Source of the DNA: an uncultured Bacillota bacterium
GTDB lineage: Bacteria > Bacillota > Clostridia > Christensenellales > UBA1242
Direction: 5' to 3'
NCBI GenBank assembly: GCA_900544595.1
Contig: UQVQ01000005.1
Span: forward strand, 7,440-71,439
Length of the DNA stretch: 64,000 bases
The position numbers and the translations under genes are program-made. Shown one piece after another: positions 15,931-25,790 of the stretch (positions within the stretch are counted from its first letter, which is position 1; each line of letters opens with the position of its first letter). The notes under the pieces were generated by a model. It saw nothing but the letters and a program-made list of their open reading frames with translations, was not told the DNA's origin and ran no database searches.

Positions 15931-18582
15931 ATGGGACTTTTTAAAAACAAAAACTTGAAAAAACTTATGAAAATTGCCGACAAGGTTATTGCCTTGGAGG
16001 ACGAATATAAAAATAAAACAAATGAGGAACTCCAAGCAAAAACACGCGAGCTTCAATCTCGCGCGCAAAATGGTGAAAACTTAAACGACTTGCTCCCAGA
16101 AGCATTTGCGAACGTTCGCGAGGCGGCGGCAAGAGTTTTAAATATGCGTCATTTCTATGTTCAAATTCTTGGCGGAATTGCTCTTCATCAAGGTCGTATT
16201 GCCGAGATGGCAACGGGGGAAGGAAAAACTCTTGTTTCAACTCTTCCTGCCTATCTTAATGCGCTAACAGGAAAGGGCGTTCATGTTGTTACTGTTAACG
16301 AATATTTGGCAGAGCGTGACGCGCAATGGATGGGAAAAATTCATAAATTCCTTGGCTTAACTGTTGGAGTTGCGTTAAGCGGAATGGACGAAAAAGCAAA
16401 AAAAGCCGCATATGATTGCGACATAACATATTGCACAAATAATGAGGCAGGGTTCGACTATCTTCGTGACAACATGGTTGTTAGAAAAGAAGACAAAGTT
16501 CAACGTGGACATAACTTTGCAATTGTCGACGAAGTTGATAGCATTTTGATTGATGAGGCGAGAACTCCTCTTATCATAAGTGGAAGGGGAATGAAATCAA
16601 GCGATTCTTATTACACCGCGCAACGTTTTGCAAAAAACCTTCGCGAAGGCGACGATTTTGAAATTGACATCAAAACAAAAGCAATTAACCTAACCGAGCA
16701 AGGTGTTTCAAAAGCAGAAAGATTTTTTAGCGTTTCCAACCTTTCCGATGTTGACAACATTGAATTAAACCACTATATCAACAATGCCCTTAAAGCAAAC
16801 TTTATCATGGTTCGCGACGAAAATTATATCGTTAAGAACGGCGAAATTTTGATTGTTGATGAGTTCACCGGACGTATCATGAAAGGAAGGAGATATAGCG
16901 ACGGGCTCCACCAAGCAATTGAAGCAAAAGAAGGCGTAACAATTAAAAATGAAAATAAAACGCTTGCAACAATAACTTTCCAAAACTATTTCCGCCTTTA
17001 TAAAAAACTTAGCGGTATGACGGGAACAGCAAAAACCGAAGAAGGCGAATTTGTTGGAATTTATAATCTCGATGTTATTCAAATTCCATCAAACAAACCA
17101 AATATGCGTTATGACGCGCCCGACATCATCTATACTGGTGTTCCAGGCAAGATTAAAGGAATTTTGCAAGATGTTAAAGAGCGTCATGAACTTGGCCAAC
17201 CAATTTTGATTGGAACAATAACAATTGATAAATCCGAAGAGATTTCAAAAGAGCTTAAACGCGCAGGGATTAAACACAACGTTTTAAACGCGAAAAACCA
17301 CGAACAGGAAAGCGAAATTATTGCGCAAGCTGGACGCAAGGGCTCTGTTACAATCGCAACCAACATGGCGGGGCGTGGAACAGATATTTTGCTTGGCGGA
17401 AATCCAGAGTTTATGGCTCTTAAAAAACTTCGCGACGAAAATTTCACAGAAGAGCAAATAAGTTATGCAACATCGTTTATTGAAAGCGATAACGAAGATT
17501 TAAGAAAAGCACGCGAAGAATATTTGAAATTCTATAATGAGTTTAAAGCAATAACCGACAAGGAAAAAGAAGAAGTCATTTCCCTTGGCGGACTTCACAT
17601 TATTGGAACGGAGCGCCATGAATCAAGACGTATCGATAACCAGCTTCGTGGGCGCGCTGGACGTCAAGGAGACCCTGGTTCAAGCGTTTTCTATATTTCT
17701 CTTCAAGACGACCTTGCGAAACGATTTGGGGGAGACAAACTTGCAAGAATTGCGCAATTCTGCCGAATTGACGACGACACGCCTTTCCAATTTAAAATGC
17801 TTGCAAGACAAATTGAGCGTGCTCAAAAACGAATTGAAATGACGCACTACAGCGCAAGACGAACAGTTCTTCAATTCGACGATGTTTTAAATAAGCAACG
17901 CGAAATTATTTATGGCGAAAGAAACAAGGTTTTGGATGGGGTTAACATCCACGATGAAATTATGGAAATGTTTCCATCAATTGTTTCTCAAATTGTTTCC
18001 GAAACAATTAGTGTTGATAAAGCTCCAGACGAATGGGATTTAACTGCTCTTAACGAGGCTCTTGAAAAGAAACTCTTTCCAAAAGATACAAATCTTGTTA
18101 ACGAAAAGTTTGTTAAAAATTGCGACGGAGCCGATTTAATTCAAAAAATTTTGGAAGCTGTTGAAAAACGCTACCAAGAAAAAATGGATTTTTTCAAAGA
18201 ACATGGAAAAGATTTTTCCGATTTCGAACGATACATTCTCTTAAGAGTTGTTGATTCCCTTTGGATGGATCATATCGACCAAATGAACCAACTTCGAAAC
18301 GAAATTGGGCTTCAAGGATATGGACAGCACGACCCAATTATTGCATATAAACGAATTGGATTTGAAATGTTTGAAAATATGGTTGACGAGATTCGCGAAA
18401 AAACTGCACTTTTCCTTTTGAATGTTACAATTGAAGAGCAGCCAGTTCCTCGCCAAGTTGCAAAACCAATTATGGTTGTTGAGCAAAAAACTGCAAAAGC
18501 CGCTCCAAAAGCAGGGCGAAATGCTCCTTGCCCTTGCGGAAGCGGGAAAAAATATAAAAATTGCTGTGGGAAAAATGAATGA
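15931..18582 (+). CDS. secA: Preprotein translocase ATPase SecA
   Basis: The Walker A region is MATGEGKTLV. A DEVDSILIDEARTPLIISG motif is present. The C-terminal zinc motif is CPCGSGKKYKNCCG. Confidence 0.98.
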   Translation: MGLFKNKNLKKLMKIADKVIALEDEYKNKTNEELQAKTRELQSRAQNGENLNDLLPEAFANVREAAARVLNMRHFYVQILGGIALHQGRIAEMATGEGKTLVSTLPAYLNALTGKGVHVVTVNEYLAERDAQWMGKIHKFLGLTVGVALSGMDEKAKKAAYDCDITYCTNNEAGFDYLRDNMVVRKEDKVQRGHNFAIVDEVDSILIDEARTPLIISGRGMKSSDSYYTAQRFAKNLREGDDFEIDIKTKAINLTEQGVSKAERFFSVSNLSDVDNIELNHYINNALKANFIMVRDENYIVKNGEILIVDEFTGRIMKGRRYSDGLHQAIEAKEGVTIKNENKTLATITFQNYFRLYKKLSGMTGTAKTEEGEFVGIYNLDVIQIPSNKPNMRYDAPDIIYTGVPGKIKGILQDVKERHELGQPILIGTITIDKSEEISKELKRAGIKHNVLNAKNHEQESEIIAQAGRKGSVTIATNMAGRGTDILLGGNPEFMALKKLRDENFTEEQISYATSFIESDNEDLRKAREEYLKFYNEFKAITDKEKEEVISLGGLHIIGTERHESRRIDNQLRGRAGRQGDPGSSVFYISLQDDLAKRFGGDKLARIAQFCRIDDDTPFQFKMLARQIERAQKRIEMTHYSARRTVLQFDDVLNKQREIIYGERNKVLDGVNIHDEIMEMFPSIVSQIVSETISVDKAPDEWDLTALNEALEKKLFPKDTNLVNEKFVKNCDGADLIQKILEAVEKRYQEKMDFFKEHGKDFSDFERYILLRVVDSLWMDHIDQMNQLRNEIGLQGYGQHDPIIAYKRIGFEMFENMVDEIREKTALFLLNVTIEEQPVPRQVAKPIMVVEQKTAKAAPKAGRNAPCPCGSGKKYKNCCGKNE

Positions 18583-19205
18583 TTGAAATCAATGTTTTAA
18601 CGGGAACGATGCTTGAAACAAACAACTATGTTTTAATAGATGGGAACAAAGCTGTTTTGATTGAAGCAAGCATAACTCCAGGTTCGCTTGGCGAAATTTT
18701 GCAAGGGAAAAAACTTGCCGCAATTCTTTTAACGCACGGACATTGGGACCACTATTGGGAAATTGAAAATCTTGCAAAAGAATTTCCTTGCCCAATTTAC
18801 ATGACGAAGGAAGCTTTTGAAAAAATCAATAAAAAAGAAAAAGCCTTTGCGGCAGACAGAAACCCAAAAATTGATTTAACTCCATTCAATGTTAAATTTA
18901 TAAAAAACGACGACGAACTTAAATTTGGAAACGAATTGAATTTCAAGGTTATCAAAACTCCGGGGCACACCAATTGCAGTGTTTGCTATATTTTAGAATC
19001 AAAAAAGAACAGCATTGTTTTCACGGGGGATTTAATTTTCAAAGATGGCGTTGGACGAAGCGATTTGCCAACAGGAAACTTCGAGGAACTTAAATCAAGC
19101 ATAAAGAAAATTCTTCCGCTTGGCGATGAAACTCTCTTGCTTTCGGGGCATGGAAGCCCAACAATGCTTGGCGAGGAAAGAGAAAAACTCCAAACACTTT
19201 TATAG
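18579..19205 (+). CDS. MBL-fold metallo-hydrolase (glyoxalase II-like)
   Basis: Contains THGHWDH (the HxHxDH motif), then GHT, and a C-terminal GHG. A 4-nt ATGA overlap with the secA stop is present. Confidence 0.8.
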   Translation: MIEINVLTGTMLETNNYVLIDGNKAVLIEASITPGSLGEILQGKKLAAILLTHGHWDHYWEIENLAKEFPCPIYMTKEAFEKINKKEKAFAADRNPKIDLTPFNVKFIKNDDELKFGNELNFKVIKTPGHTNCSVCYILESKKNSIVFTGDLIFKDGVGRSDLPTGNFEELKSSIKKILPLGDETLLLSGHGSPTMLGEEREKLQTLL

Positions 19206-19284
19206 AATAAAACTAAAGCGAAAACACGCAATAAACAAGTTGCGTGTTTTTTTCATAGTATATAAAAAACGACTGGAGAAAATT

Positions 19285-21048
19285 ATGTGTGGTATTTATG
19301 GCTACATAGGAAAAAATGCCGTCCAAAAATCAATTTGCGGGCTTGAAAGACTTGAATATCGCGGCTACGATTCGGCGGGAATTGCTTACATAAGAGAAAA
19401 TGGAAAAATTAAGGTTGTTAAAAATGTTGGAAGAGTTTCGGGGCTTAAGAACAAACTTAATCAAGGAATTGAATCCAATCTTGCAATTGCCCACACGCGC
19501 TGGGCAACACACGGAAAACCTTCAATTTTAAATTGCCATCCAGTTTCAAGCGAAAATTTTTCGCTTGTCCATAACGGGATAATTGAAAATTTTAAAGAAA
19601 TTCAAAATGAATATAATTTCAAATTAAAAACGGAAACCGATAGTGAAATAATTGCGAATTTAATTGAAAAAAATTTTAATAAAAATATTAAAAATTATGA
19701 AAAAATAAATGAAAATATATTAAATGCAATAAAAATTGCAGCGCAAAAGTTAAAAGGTTCTTGGGCTGTTGAGCTAATTTGCAAAAAAATGCCAAATAAA
19801 ATATATATTTTTAAAAAGTTGATGCCAATTGTTGTTGGAACAAATAAGGCTGAAAGCGCCGTGGCAAGCGATGTTAACGCGTTTGAATTTGACGAGAAAA
19901 CAAAGTGGGAATACTACACTTTGCAAGACGGAAATATTTGCGAATTAAGCGGCGATAAACTAATTATTTATAACGAAAATTTGGAAAAAATTACTCTTGA
20001 AAAAACAAAAAAAGAAAAATTTAATTGTAAAAATTTAACAAAATTTAAATATAAAATGTTAAAAGAAATTAACGAAATTCCTTTTTCATTAAAAAACACA
20101 AAAAAATCAATAAATAAATTAAAAAATTCAAATTTTATCAATATTTTTAAAAATTTTTCAAGTGTGACAATTGTTGGGTGTGGAACGGCTTATCATGCAG
20201 GGCTTTATGGAAAATTTATTTTTGAGAAACTAACAAAAAAATTTGTTAATGTTGAACTTGCAAGCGAATTTCGATATAAAACACAACTCAAACAAAAAAA
20301 CAGTCTTGTTCTTGCAATAAGCCAAAGCGGCGAAACTGCCGACACAATTGCCGCTCTTAAACTTGCAAAGGAAAACGGAGCAGTAACGGCTGTTATAACA
20401 AATGTTCAAGGCTCAACAATAACCAATTTTTCCAACTATGTTTTTCTAACTAATGCGGGTCCGGAAATTGCAGTTGCAGCAACAAAAAGTTATGTTTCAC
20501 AGGTTTATGCTCTTTATCTTCTCGCTTGCACAATTTCGGGAGAAAAAGCGGCAACAAATTTAAGCGCAAAAGTTAAAACAATCATTGATGGGTTTGACGA
20601 GAAAATTCTCGAAAAATATTTTAATTGTCAAAAATTTTTCTTCATTGGAAGATTGTGCGATTCAACAACCGCGCTTGAAGGAGCGCTTAAGCTTAAAGAA
20701 ATTGCATATGCCCACAGTGAAGGATATGCCGCTGGTGAACTTAAACACGGAACACTTTCGCTTGTTGACGAAACTTCACTAATAGTTGCCATTATAACGC
20801 AGTCGAAAATTAAGGAGAAAACTCTTAATGCGGCGCATGAGGTTCAAGCAAGGGGAGGGAAAGTTCTTTTCGTAACACAGTTTGAAGATATTGCAGGCGA
20901 AAAAATTTTGCTTCCGAAAACAATTGAAGACGCAATGCCAATTCTTTCTGTTATCCCCCTTCAACTTCTTGCCTATTATTTCTCGCTTTCAAAAGGTCTT
21001 AACCCAGATATGCCGCGAAATCTTGCAAAAAGTGTTACGGTTGAATAG
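19285..21048 (+). CDS. glmS: Glutamine--fructose-6-phosphate aminotransferase (isomerising)
   Basis: The true N-terminus MCGIYGYIG (catalytic Cys2) is at 19285. There are two SIS domains (ISQSGETADT), and the C-terminus is NLAKSVTVE. Confidence 0.95.
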   Translation: MCGIYGYIGKNAVQKSICGLERLEYRGYDSAGIAYIRENGKIKVVKNVGRVSGLKNKLNQGIESNLAIAHTRWATHGKPSILNCHPVSSENFSLVHNGIIENFKEIQNEYNFKLKTETDSEIIANLIEKNFNKNIKNYEKINENILNAIKIAAQKLKGSWAVELICKKMPNKIYIFKKLMPIVVGTNKAESAVASDVNAFEFDEKTKWEYYTLQDGNICELSGDKLIIYNENLEKITLEKTKKEKFNCKNLTKFKYKMLKEINEIPFSLKNTKKSINKLKNSNFINIFKNFSSVTIVGCGTAYHAGLYGKFIFEKLTKKFVNVELASEFRYKTQLKQKNSLVLAISQSGETADTIAALKLAKENGAVTAVITNVQGSTITNFSNYVFLTNAGPEIAVAATKSYVSQVYALYLLACTISGEKAATNLSAKVKTIIDGFDEKILEKYFNCQKFFFIGRLCDSTTALEGALKLKEIAYAHSEGYAAGELKHGTLSLVDETSLIVAIITQSKIKEKTLNAAHEVQARGGKVLFVTQFEDIAGEKILLPKTIEDAMPILSVIPLQLLAYYFSLSKGLNPDMPRNLAKSVTVE

Positions 21049-21065
21049 GAAAATATAAATAGTAT

Positions 21066-21097
21066 AAAGCCAATTGAATAGAAAATTGGCTTTTTCT
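21066..21097 (+). terminator. Rho-independent terminator after glmS
   Basis: A perfect 10-bp stem: AAAGCCAATT (21066-21075) pairs with AATTGGCTTT (21084-21093). The loop is 8 nt and is followed by a T-run. Confidence 0.75.
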
Positions 21098-21109
21098 TAT
21101 ACTAATTTT

Positions 21110-22567
21110 ATGATGTTTCCCGAGGTTGAAAAACTTAAAAAGAAATTTAGCGAAAGCAGCGATATTGTTGTTCGCGAAGTTTCATGCGGACAAAGACAAA
21201 TCAATTTGATTTTCCTCAAAAGCATGATTGACGACAGTCTTTTCATAAGCGGAATTCTTGGCCCAATCATGGATTATGGAAGCGACCAAAGTTCAATTTC
21301 AAGCGGAAAAGAATTTACCCTTAAAACCCTTCAAGACGAGGCTCTTAAAATAACCGAAATTGAAGAAGTTGAAAAGAAAGAAGCGGCAAAAGAACTTGCG
21401 GCAAACAAGGTTTTGCTTTTCCTTGATAAAGAAGAAAAAATTCTTTCAATCGACATAACGAAATATCCCGTTCGAGTTCCTTCCGAACCTCCAACTTCTT
21501 CGGTTTTGAAAGGGCCAAGAGAAGGTTTTGTTGAAGATATTAAAAGTAACATTGCGCTTCTTCGAAGAAGATTTTCGGGCGAAAAACTTGCAATAAATGA
21601 AATGGAAATTGGAAGATGTTCCCAAACAAAGGTTGCAATTGCCTATGTTAAAGGCGTTGCAAGCCGAAAAATTGTTAATAAAATTAAAAAAAGATTAAAG
21701 GAAGTTGACATCGACGGAATAATCGACTCTTCCTATCTTGTTTCTTTCTTGCAAGAAAGAAAACGCTCAATGTTCAAGCAAGTTGGAAGTTGCGAAAAGC
21801 CAGACATTGTTGCGTCAAAACTGTTGGAAGGAAGAGTTGCAATAATTGTTGACAACTCGCCAATTGTTTTAACCCTGCCTTTCATTTTTCTTGAAGACTT
21901 GCAAAACAGCAACGACTACTATTCGCTAAGCAACTATGCAACCTACGTTCGCGTTGTTCGACTTCTTGGGCTGTTTTTTGCGGTCTTAATTCCGGGAACT
22001 TATGTTTCCGTTCGGCTCTACCACTATAACATTGTTCCTGTTAACTTTCTTTTCACAATTGCAAACGCAACAACAGCAATTCCATTAACGCCGTTTTTGG
22101 AAATTGTTTTCATACTTGTTTTGTTTGAAATTCTTTACGAGGTAAGTTTGCGCTTGCCAAGATATCTTGGGCTTGCAACAAGCATTGTTGGGGCTTTAAT
22201 TTTGGGGGACACCGGGGTTAAAGCGGGGTTAATTTCGCCGCCTGGGGTTATGGTTATTGCAATAAGTATAATTGCAGTCTACACCATTCCCGACCAAGTT
22301 GACCAAATTGTTCTTTTGCGCTCAACGTTCATTGTCCTTGGCGGCTGTCTTGGAATTTTTGGAGTTATTGCGGGCGTTGTTTTTGTTGTTGCATACTTGG
22401 CAAGCATTGAAAACTATGGCGCGGCATATCTTTCGCCATATGCGCCTCGAATTCGAAATGACCTTCAAGACGGGGTTTTTAAACAAAACATTGTTAAAAT
22501 GAAAAATCGCCCCGAAAGTTTCCATAATAAAAATGTTGTGAGGTTAAAGTATGACAAAAACAATTAG
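21110..22567 (+). CDS. Spore germination protein, GerA (A-subunit) family
   Basis: GerAA-type motifs are present: PVRVPSEPPTSSVLKGPREGFVEDIKSNIALLRRRF, followed by a C-terminal membrane domain. The start is uncertain. The track TTG at 21074 lies inside the glmS terminator, so the first ATG (21110) was preferred. Confidence 0.85.
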   Translation: MMFPEVEKLKKKFSESSDIVVREVSCGQRQINLIFLKSMIDDSLFISGILGPIMDYGSDQSSISSGKEFTLKTLQDEALKITEIEEVEKKEAAKELAANKVLLFLDKEEKILSIDITKYPVRVPSEPPTSSVLKGPREGFVEDIKSNIALLRRRFSGEKLAINEMEIGRCSQTKVAIAYVKGVASRKIVNKIKKRLKEVDIDGIIDSSYLVSFLQERKRSMFKQVGSCEKPDIVASKLLEGRVAIIVDNSPIVLTLPFIFLEDLQNSNDYYSLSNYATYVRVVRLLGLFFAVLIPGTYVSVRLYHYNIVPVNFLFTIANATTAIPLTPFLEIVFILVLFEILYEVSLRLPRYLGLATSIVGALILGDTGVKAGLISPPGVMVIAISIIAVYTIPDQVDQIVLLRSTFIVLGGCLGIFGVIAGVVFVVAYLASIENYGAAYLSPYAPRIRNDLQDGVFKQNIVKMKNRPESFHNKNVVRLKYDKNN

Positions 22568-23714
22568 TGCGCGCCAACTTTCTCTTCTTGGCTTTGTTTC
22601 AACTTTTGCATTAAAACTTACAATTCTTCCCTCTCTTTTATATGGAGAAATAGGGGTGGATGCTCTTTTGCTTGTTTGTTTTTCGCTTGCCTTTGATTTT
22701 ATTGAATTTTTCGTTATTTATTATCTCTTAAAACGGAATGAAAACATTTCGTTTGCAACTTTCTTGGAAAAAACATTTGGAAAAGTTTTTGGGAAAGTGA
22801 TTTTGCTTTGCTTTTTTGCCTATTTCTTTTTTAAATTCTTAATTTTAGCAATTGCTGGGTTCGATTACGCGCGTTTTGCAATTTTTAAAAACGCTCCGTT
22901 ATATCTTTTCTTGTTCATAATTCTTGCAATAAGCAGCAGTTTGGTTCTTTTTAAAAGTAAAGCAATTGGGCGAACAGCGGAGTTTTTCTATCCCATAATT
23001 GCTTTTTTCTTTATTCTCTTTTTCTTTGTCGCAATTTTAACCGCGTCGCTTCAAGACCTTCGCCCCCTTTTAACATCTGGAGCGGGGGCATTTTTCTCAA
23101 CATATTTTAAGTTTTTAGTCGTTGGCGGAAACTATATTTTTATGTTGTTTTTTATGGGGAAAATTAAGTTTGGCGAAAAACCGCTTAAAACTCTCGTTCC
23201 CCATCTTCTTTTTGGAGTTGGAGTTGTCATTATTTTCTTTTGCCTATATTATTCAATTTTCCGTTTCACCGCCGTTGCCCATCCAAACGCAATTTCCGAA
23301 CTTATCCAGTTTGTTCCGCTTCCAAGCATCTTGGGAGATTTCAATTGGTTTGCGGTTTCCCTAATGCTTTTGCTTTTTTGCCTTCAAGGCGGAGTATATA
23401 TGTTTTGCGGATGTTATTCTTTAACAAAAATTATGAACTTTCGAAAACAAGAAAAAGATTGGCTCGTTGAACTTTCGGTTTTTCTTTTTAACGCGCTTGT
23501 TGTTGGAATTGTTTATGGTTTTTTCACGAGTTTCCAAAAACTTAAGCTTGTTGTTGTCGACAGTTTGTATGTTCCAATTCTAAGCGCTGTTATAATGGCA
23601 ATGCCAATTCTCTTTTTCATAATTGAACTTGCAAAAAAGGAAGAAAAAACTCCAAAAAAACTTAAACTTGGGAAATACGTTTTAAAGGAGGCAAACTATG
23701 AAAAAGATTTTTAA
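22551..23714 (+). CDS. Spore germination protein, GerAB-type (APC-superfamily permease-like B subunit)
   Basis: A roughly 10-TM hydrophobic protein that overlaps the A-subunit gene. It occupies the middle position of the gerA-type tricistron. Confidence 0.75.
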   Translation: MTKTISARQLSLLGFVSTFALKLTILPSLLYGEIGVDALLLVCFSLAFDFIEFFVIYYLLKRNENISFATFLEKTFGKVFGKVILLCFFAYFFFKFLILAIAGFDYARFAIFKNAPLYLFLFIILAISSSLVLFKSKAIGRTAEFFYPIIAFFFILFFFVAILTASLQDLRPLLTSGAGAFFSTYFKFLVVGGNYIFMLFFMGKIKFGEKPLKTLVPHLLFGVGVVIIFFCLYYSIFRFTAVAHPNAISELIQFVPLPSILGDFNWFAVSLMLLLFCLQGGVYMFCGCYSLTKIMNFRKQEKDWLVELSVFLFNALVVGIVYGFFTSFQKLKLVVVDSLYVPILSAVIMAMPILFFIIELAKKEEKTPKKLKLGKYVLKEANYEKDF

Positions 23715-24924
23715 TTTTGTTAAAATGCACGCAATTTTCATTCTTTTTTGCGTAATTTGCGTTGTTTTTCTTCCAAACGCAGTTGTTGCCCAGCCGCAAT
23801 CGCGAACAAAGCTTGTTGTTCGCGCATTTGGCGTGGATAAAACCGACAGCGGCTATGAGGTTTCGGCAATTGTTTTCATTCCAAAAGCAACCCAAACTTT
23901 CAGCGAAAACTATCAAGTTGTTTCCGGAAAAGGGAATTCATTCTATGAAGCATTTTCAAACATTGGAATTGAAACCGGGCGCGAGGTTGCTCTTTCCCAC
24001 ACAAGCGTTATCTATGTTAACGACAAGATTTGCCAGGAAGGACTTGTTGAAAGCCTCGACTACTTAATTCGCGACTACAGCCTTAACAACAGTTCAAACC
24101 TTGTTTATGTTGAAAAAAGCGCAAAAGAAATTGTTGAAGCATCAAAAAGCGTAATTCAAAACAGCGGCGTTAAAATTGGCGACGTTGCAAAATTCGACGA
24201 AGATAAAGTTGTTTTGCTTCAATCAAACATTGAAAGCCTTTTCTCAAGTGCATATTCAAAAAGCGGGTGTGCAATGATTAACATTATGGAACTTAGCGAC
24301 GAAATGGGGCTTGAATCGTCGGGCTCGCCTGAAGAAAGCGGGGAAGTGCAATCTGGCGGTGGAAATGAAAGCAAAAGCAAAAAAATTCTTAACGAAGGGA
24401 AAAGCCTTGTTTTAAAGAACGGAAAGAAAGCCCTTGTCCTCGATAAAGAAGAAACTTCCGCCCTCCGCTTTGGGAAAAAACTTTCCCAAATTGGCTATTT
24501 GGAATTAAACAATTTCTCAAACGAAAATTTTAAAGATGCGCATCTTGCTTTCATAATCGAAAAAAACATCGTTAAATATACGCCAACTTTCAAGAATGGA
24601 AAACCAGTTTTGGAAATTAAAATAATGCCAAAACTTCGCCTTGCCGAAGTTAATCAAAAAACTCACGACGAAAAAATCTTCCTTGGCGACCCAAACATCG
24701 CAAGCGAAAGTCTTGTTTCGGCAGTTAACGAAAAAGTTAAAACGAATTTCAGTTCCGTCCTAACAAAACTTAAAAACAAAAACCTCGATGTTCTTTCAGC
24801 CTACGAAAAATTTAACGCCTCTTCCCACGCCGAGTTCCAAAAATTCCTTTCTTCCCTCGAAAACCCCAACGCCTACTATCAAAACATCGAATTCGAAATC
24901 AATGTTTCCGCCTTGGTTGTTTAA
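23698..24924 (+). CDS. Spore germination protein, Ger(x)C family (C subunit)
   Basis: It has an N-terminal signal/anchor. The TKLVVRAFGVDKTDSGYEVSAIVF motif is typical of GerAC N-domains. It is the third gene of the operon and overlaps the B gene. Confidence 0.7.
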   Translation: MKKIFNFVKMHAIFILFCVICVVFLPNAVVAQPQSRTKLVVRAFGVDKTDSGYEVSAIVFIPKATQTFSENYQVVSGKGNSFYEAFSNIGIETGREVALSHTSVIYVNDKICQEGLVESLDYLIRDYSLNNSSNLVYVEKSAKEIVEASKSVIQNSGVKIGDVAKFDEDKVVLLQSNIESLFSSAYSKSGCAMINIMELSDEMGLESSGSPEESGEVQSGGGNESKSKKILNEGKSLVLKNGKKALVLDKEETSALRFGKKLSQIGYLELNNFSNENFKDAHLAFIIEKNIVKYTPTFKNGKPVLEIKIMPKLRLAEVNQKTHDEKIFLGDPNIASESLVSAVNEKVKTNFSSVLTKLKNKNLDVLSAYEKFNASSHAEFQKFLSSLENPNAYYQNIEFEINVSALVV

Positions 24925-24976
24925 CAGCAATTAGCATTATAACAAAAACCCTCCGCAAAATCGCGAAGGGGGGTTT

Positions 24977-25567
24977 TTAGCCAGAGTAACTTGGGTCGTT
25001 AAGGGAAATTGTGTAGTTAAAAGATGAGGAGGAAACCGATTTGTTTTTGTCGGTTATGCGGAAGGTTATTTTTGTTGAGGTTGTTGCGCCTGCTCCAACT
25101 TCAAAGGTTGTTCCTGCGCCGCCAATTGTTCTTGTTAGGTTTGCGGAAGACGAGGAGTTGTCGGTTATTTTAACTTTCAAAGCGCGGTCGGCATGGTTTT
25201 GAATTGTTATTGTTAAAACAATGTCTGCGCCATAGTTTGCGCCTGCCGCGTTTTGGAATTGAATGTTTTTGTTTTTCCAAGTTGCAAGGGCGTCTGCCGA
25301 AGGGGTGGAGTCTGCAGAATAGTTAAGGGCGGAAAAAGTTACATTATTTTTTGCGCCAGAAACCGAACCTGTTATTGTTGCGTAAACATCTGTTGCTTGA
25401 TAGCTTATTGTTCCGTTTACGCCAACAGAAACACTTTGTGCTGCCCAAACGCCAACAAGCGTTAACGCAAGAACAACAAAGAACATTGGAACGATCAATA
25501 AGAATTTAAATTTAAGACCTCGATATGCTTCGCGAGCGGTTGGGGTTTCTTCTTTTCTTTCGCGCAT
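24977..25567 (-). CDS. Hypothetical signal-anchored secreted protein (196 aa), S/T/N/G-rich beta-type domain
   Basis: N-terminal TM/signal (FKFLLIVPMFFVVLALTLVGVWA). I recognise no motif. Confidence 0.55.
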   Translation of the reverse strand: MRERKEETPTAREAYRGLKFKFLLIVPMFFVVLALTLVGVWAAQSVSVGVNGTISYQATDVYATITGSVSGAKNNVTFSALNYSADSTPSADALATWKNKNIQFQNAAGANYGADIVLTITIQNHADRALKVKITDNSSSSANLTRTIGGAGTTFEVGAGATTSTKITFRITDKNKSVSSSSFNYTISLNDPSYSG

Positions 25568-25790
25568 TTTTCCCTCCGAAAAATATTATCTTTATATAAT
25601 TATAAATAAATTATCATTTTTTAAACAAAAAAGCAAATAAATTGAAACAATAAAAATTTTTGTTTAAGTTAAAAAATTAAAGAAAGAAATGTTATAAAAT
25701 TCCTTTAATTTCTTTAAAAGTATTAAAAAACAATAAAAATTTAACAAAAAAAGAGCGTTTTTTGCTCTCTTTTTAGTTAAATTATTGCAA

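Noticed and set aside
19120-19284. A 55-codon N-terminal extension of glmS overlapping the MBL-hydrolase gene
   Set aside because: GlmS must begin with Met-Cys, because the catalytic Cys is at position 2 (position 1 after Met removal). MCGIYGY starts at 19285. The extension crosses a terminator hairpin and the upstream gene.
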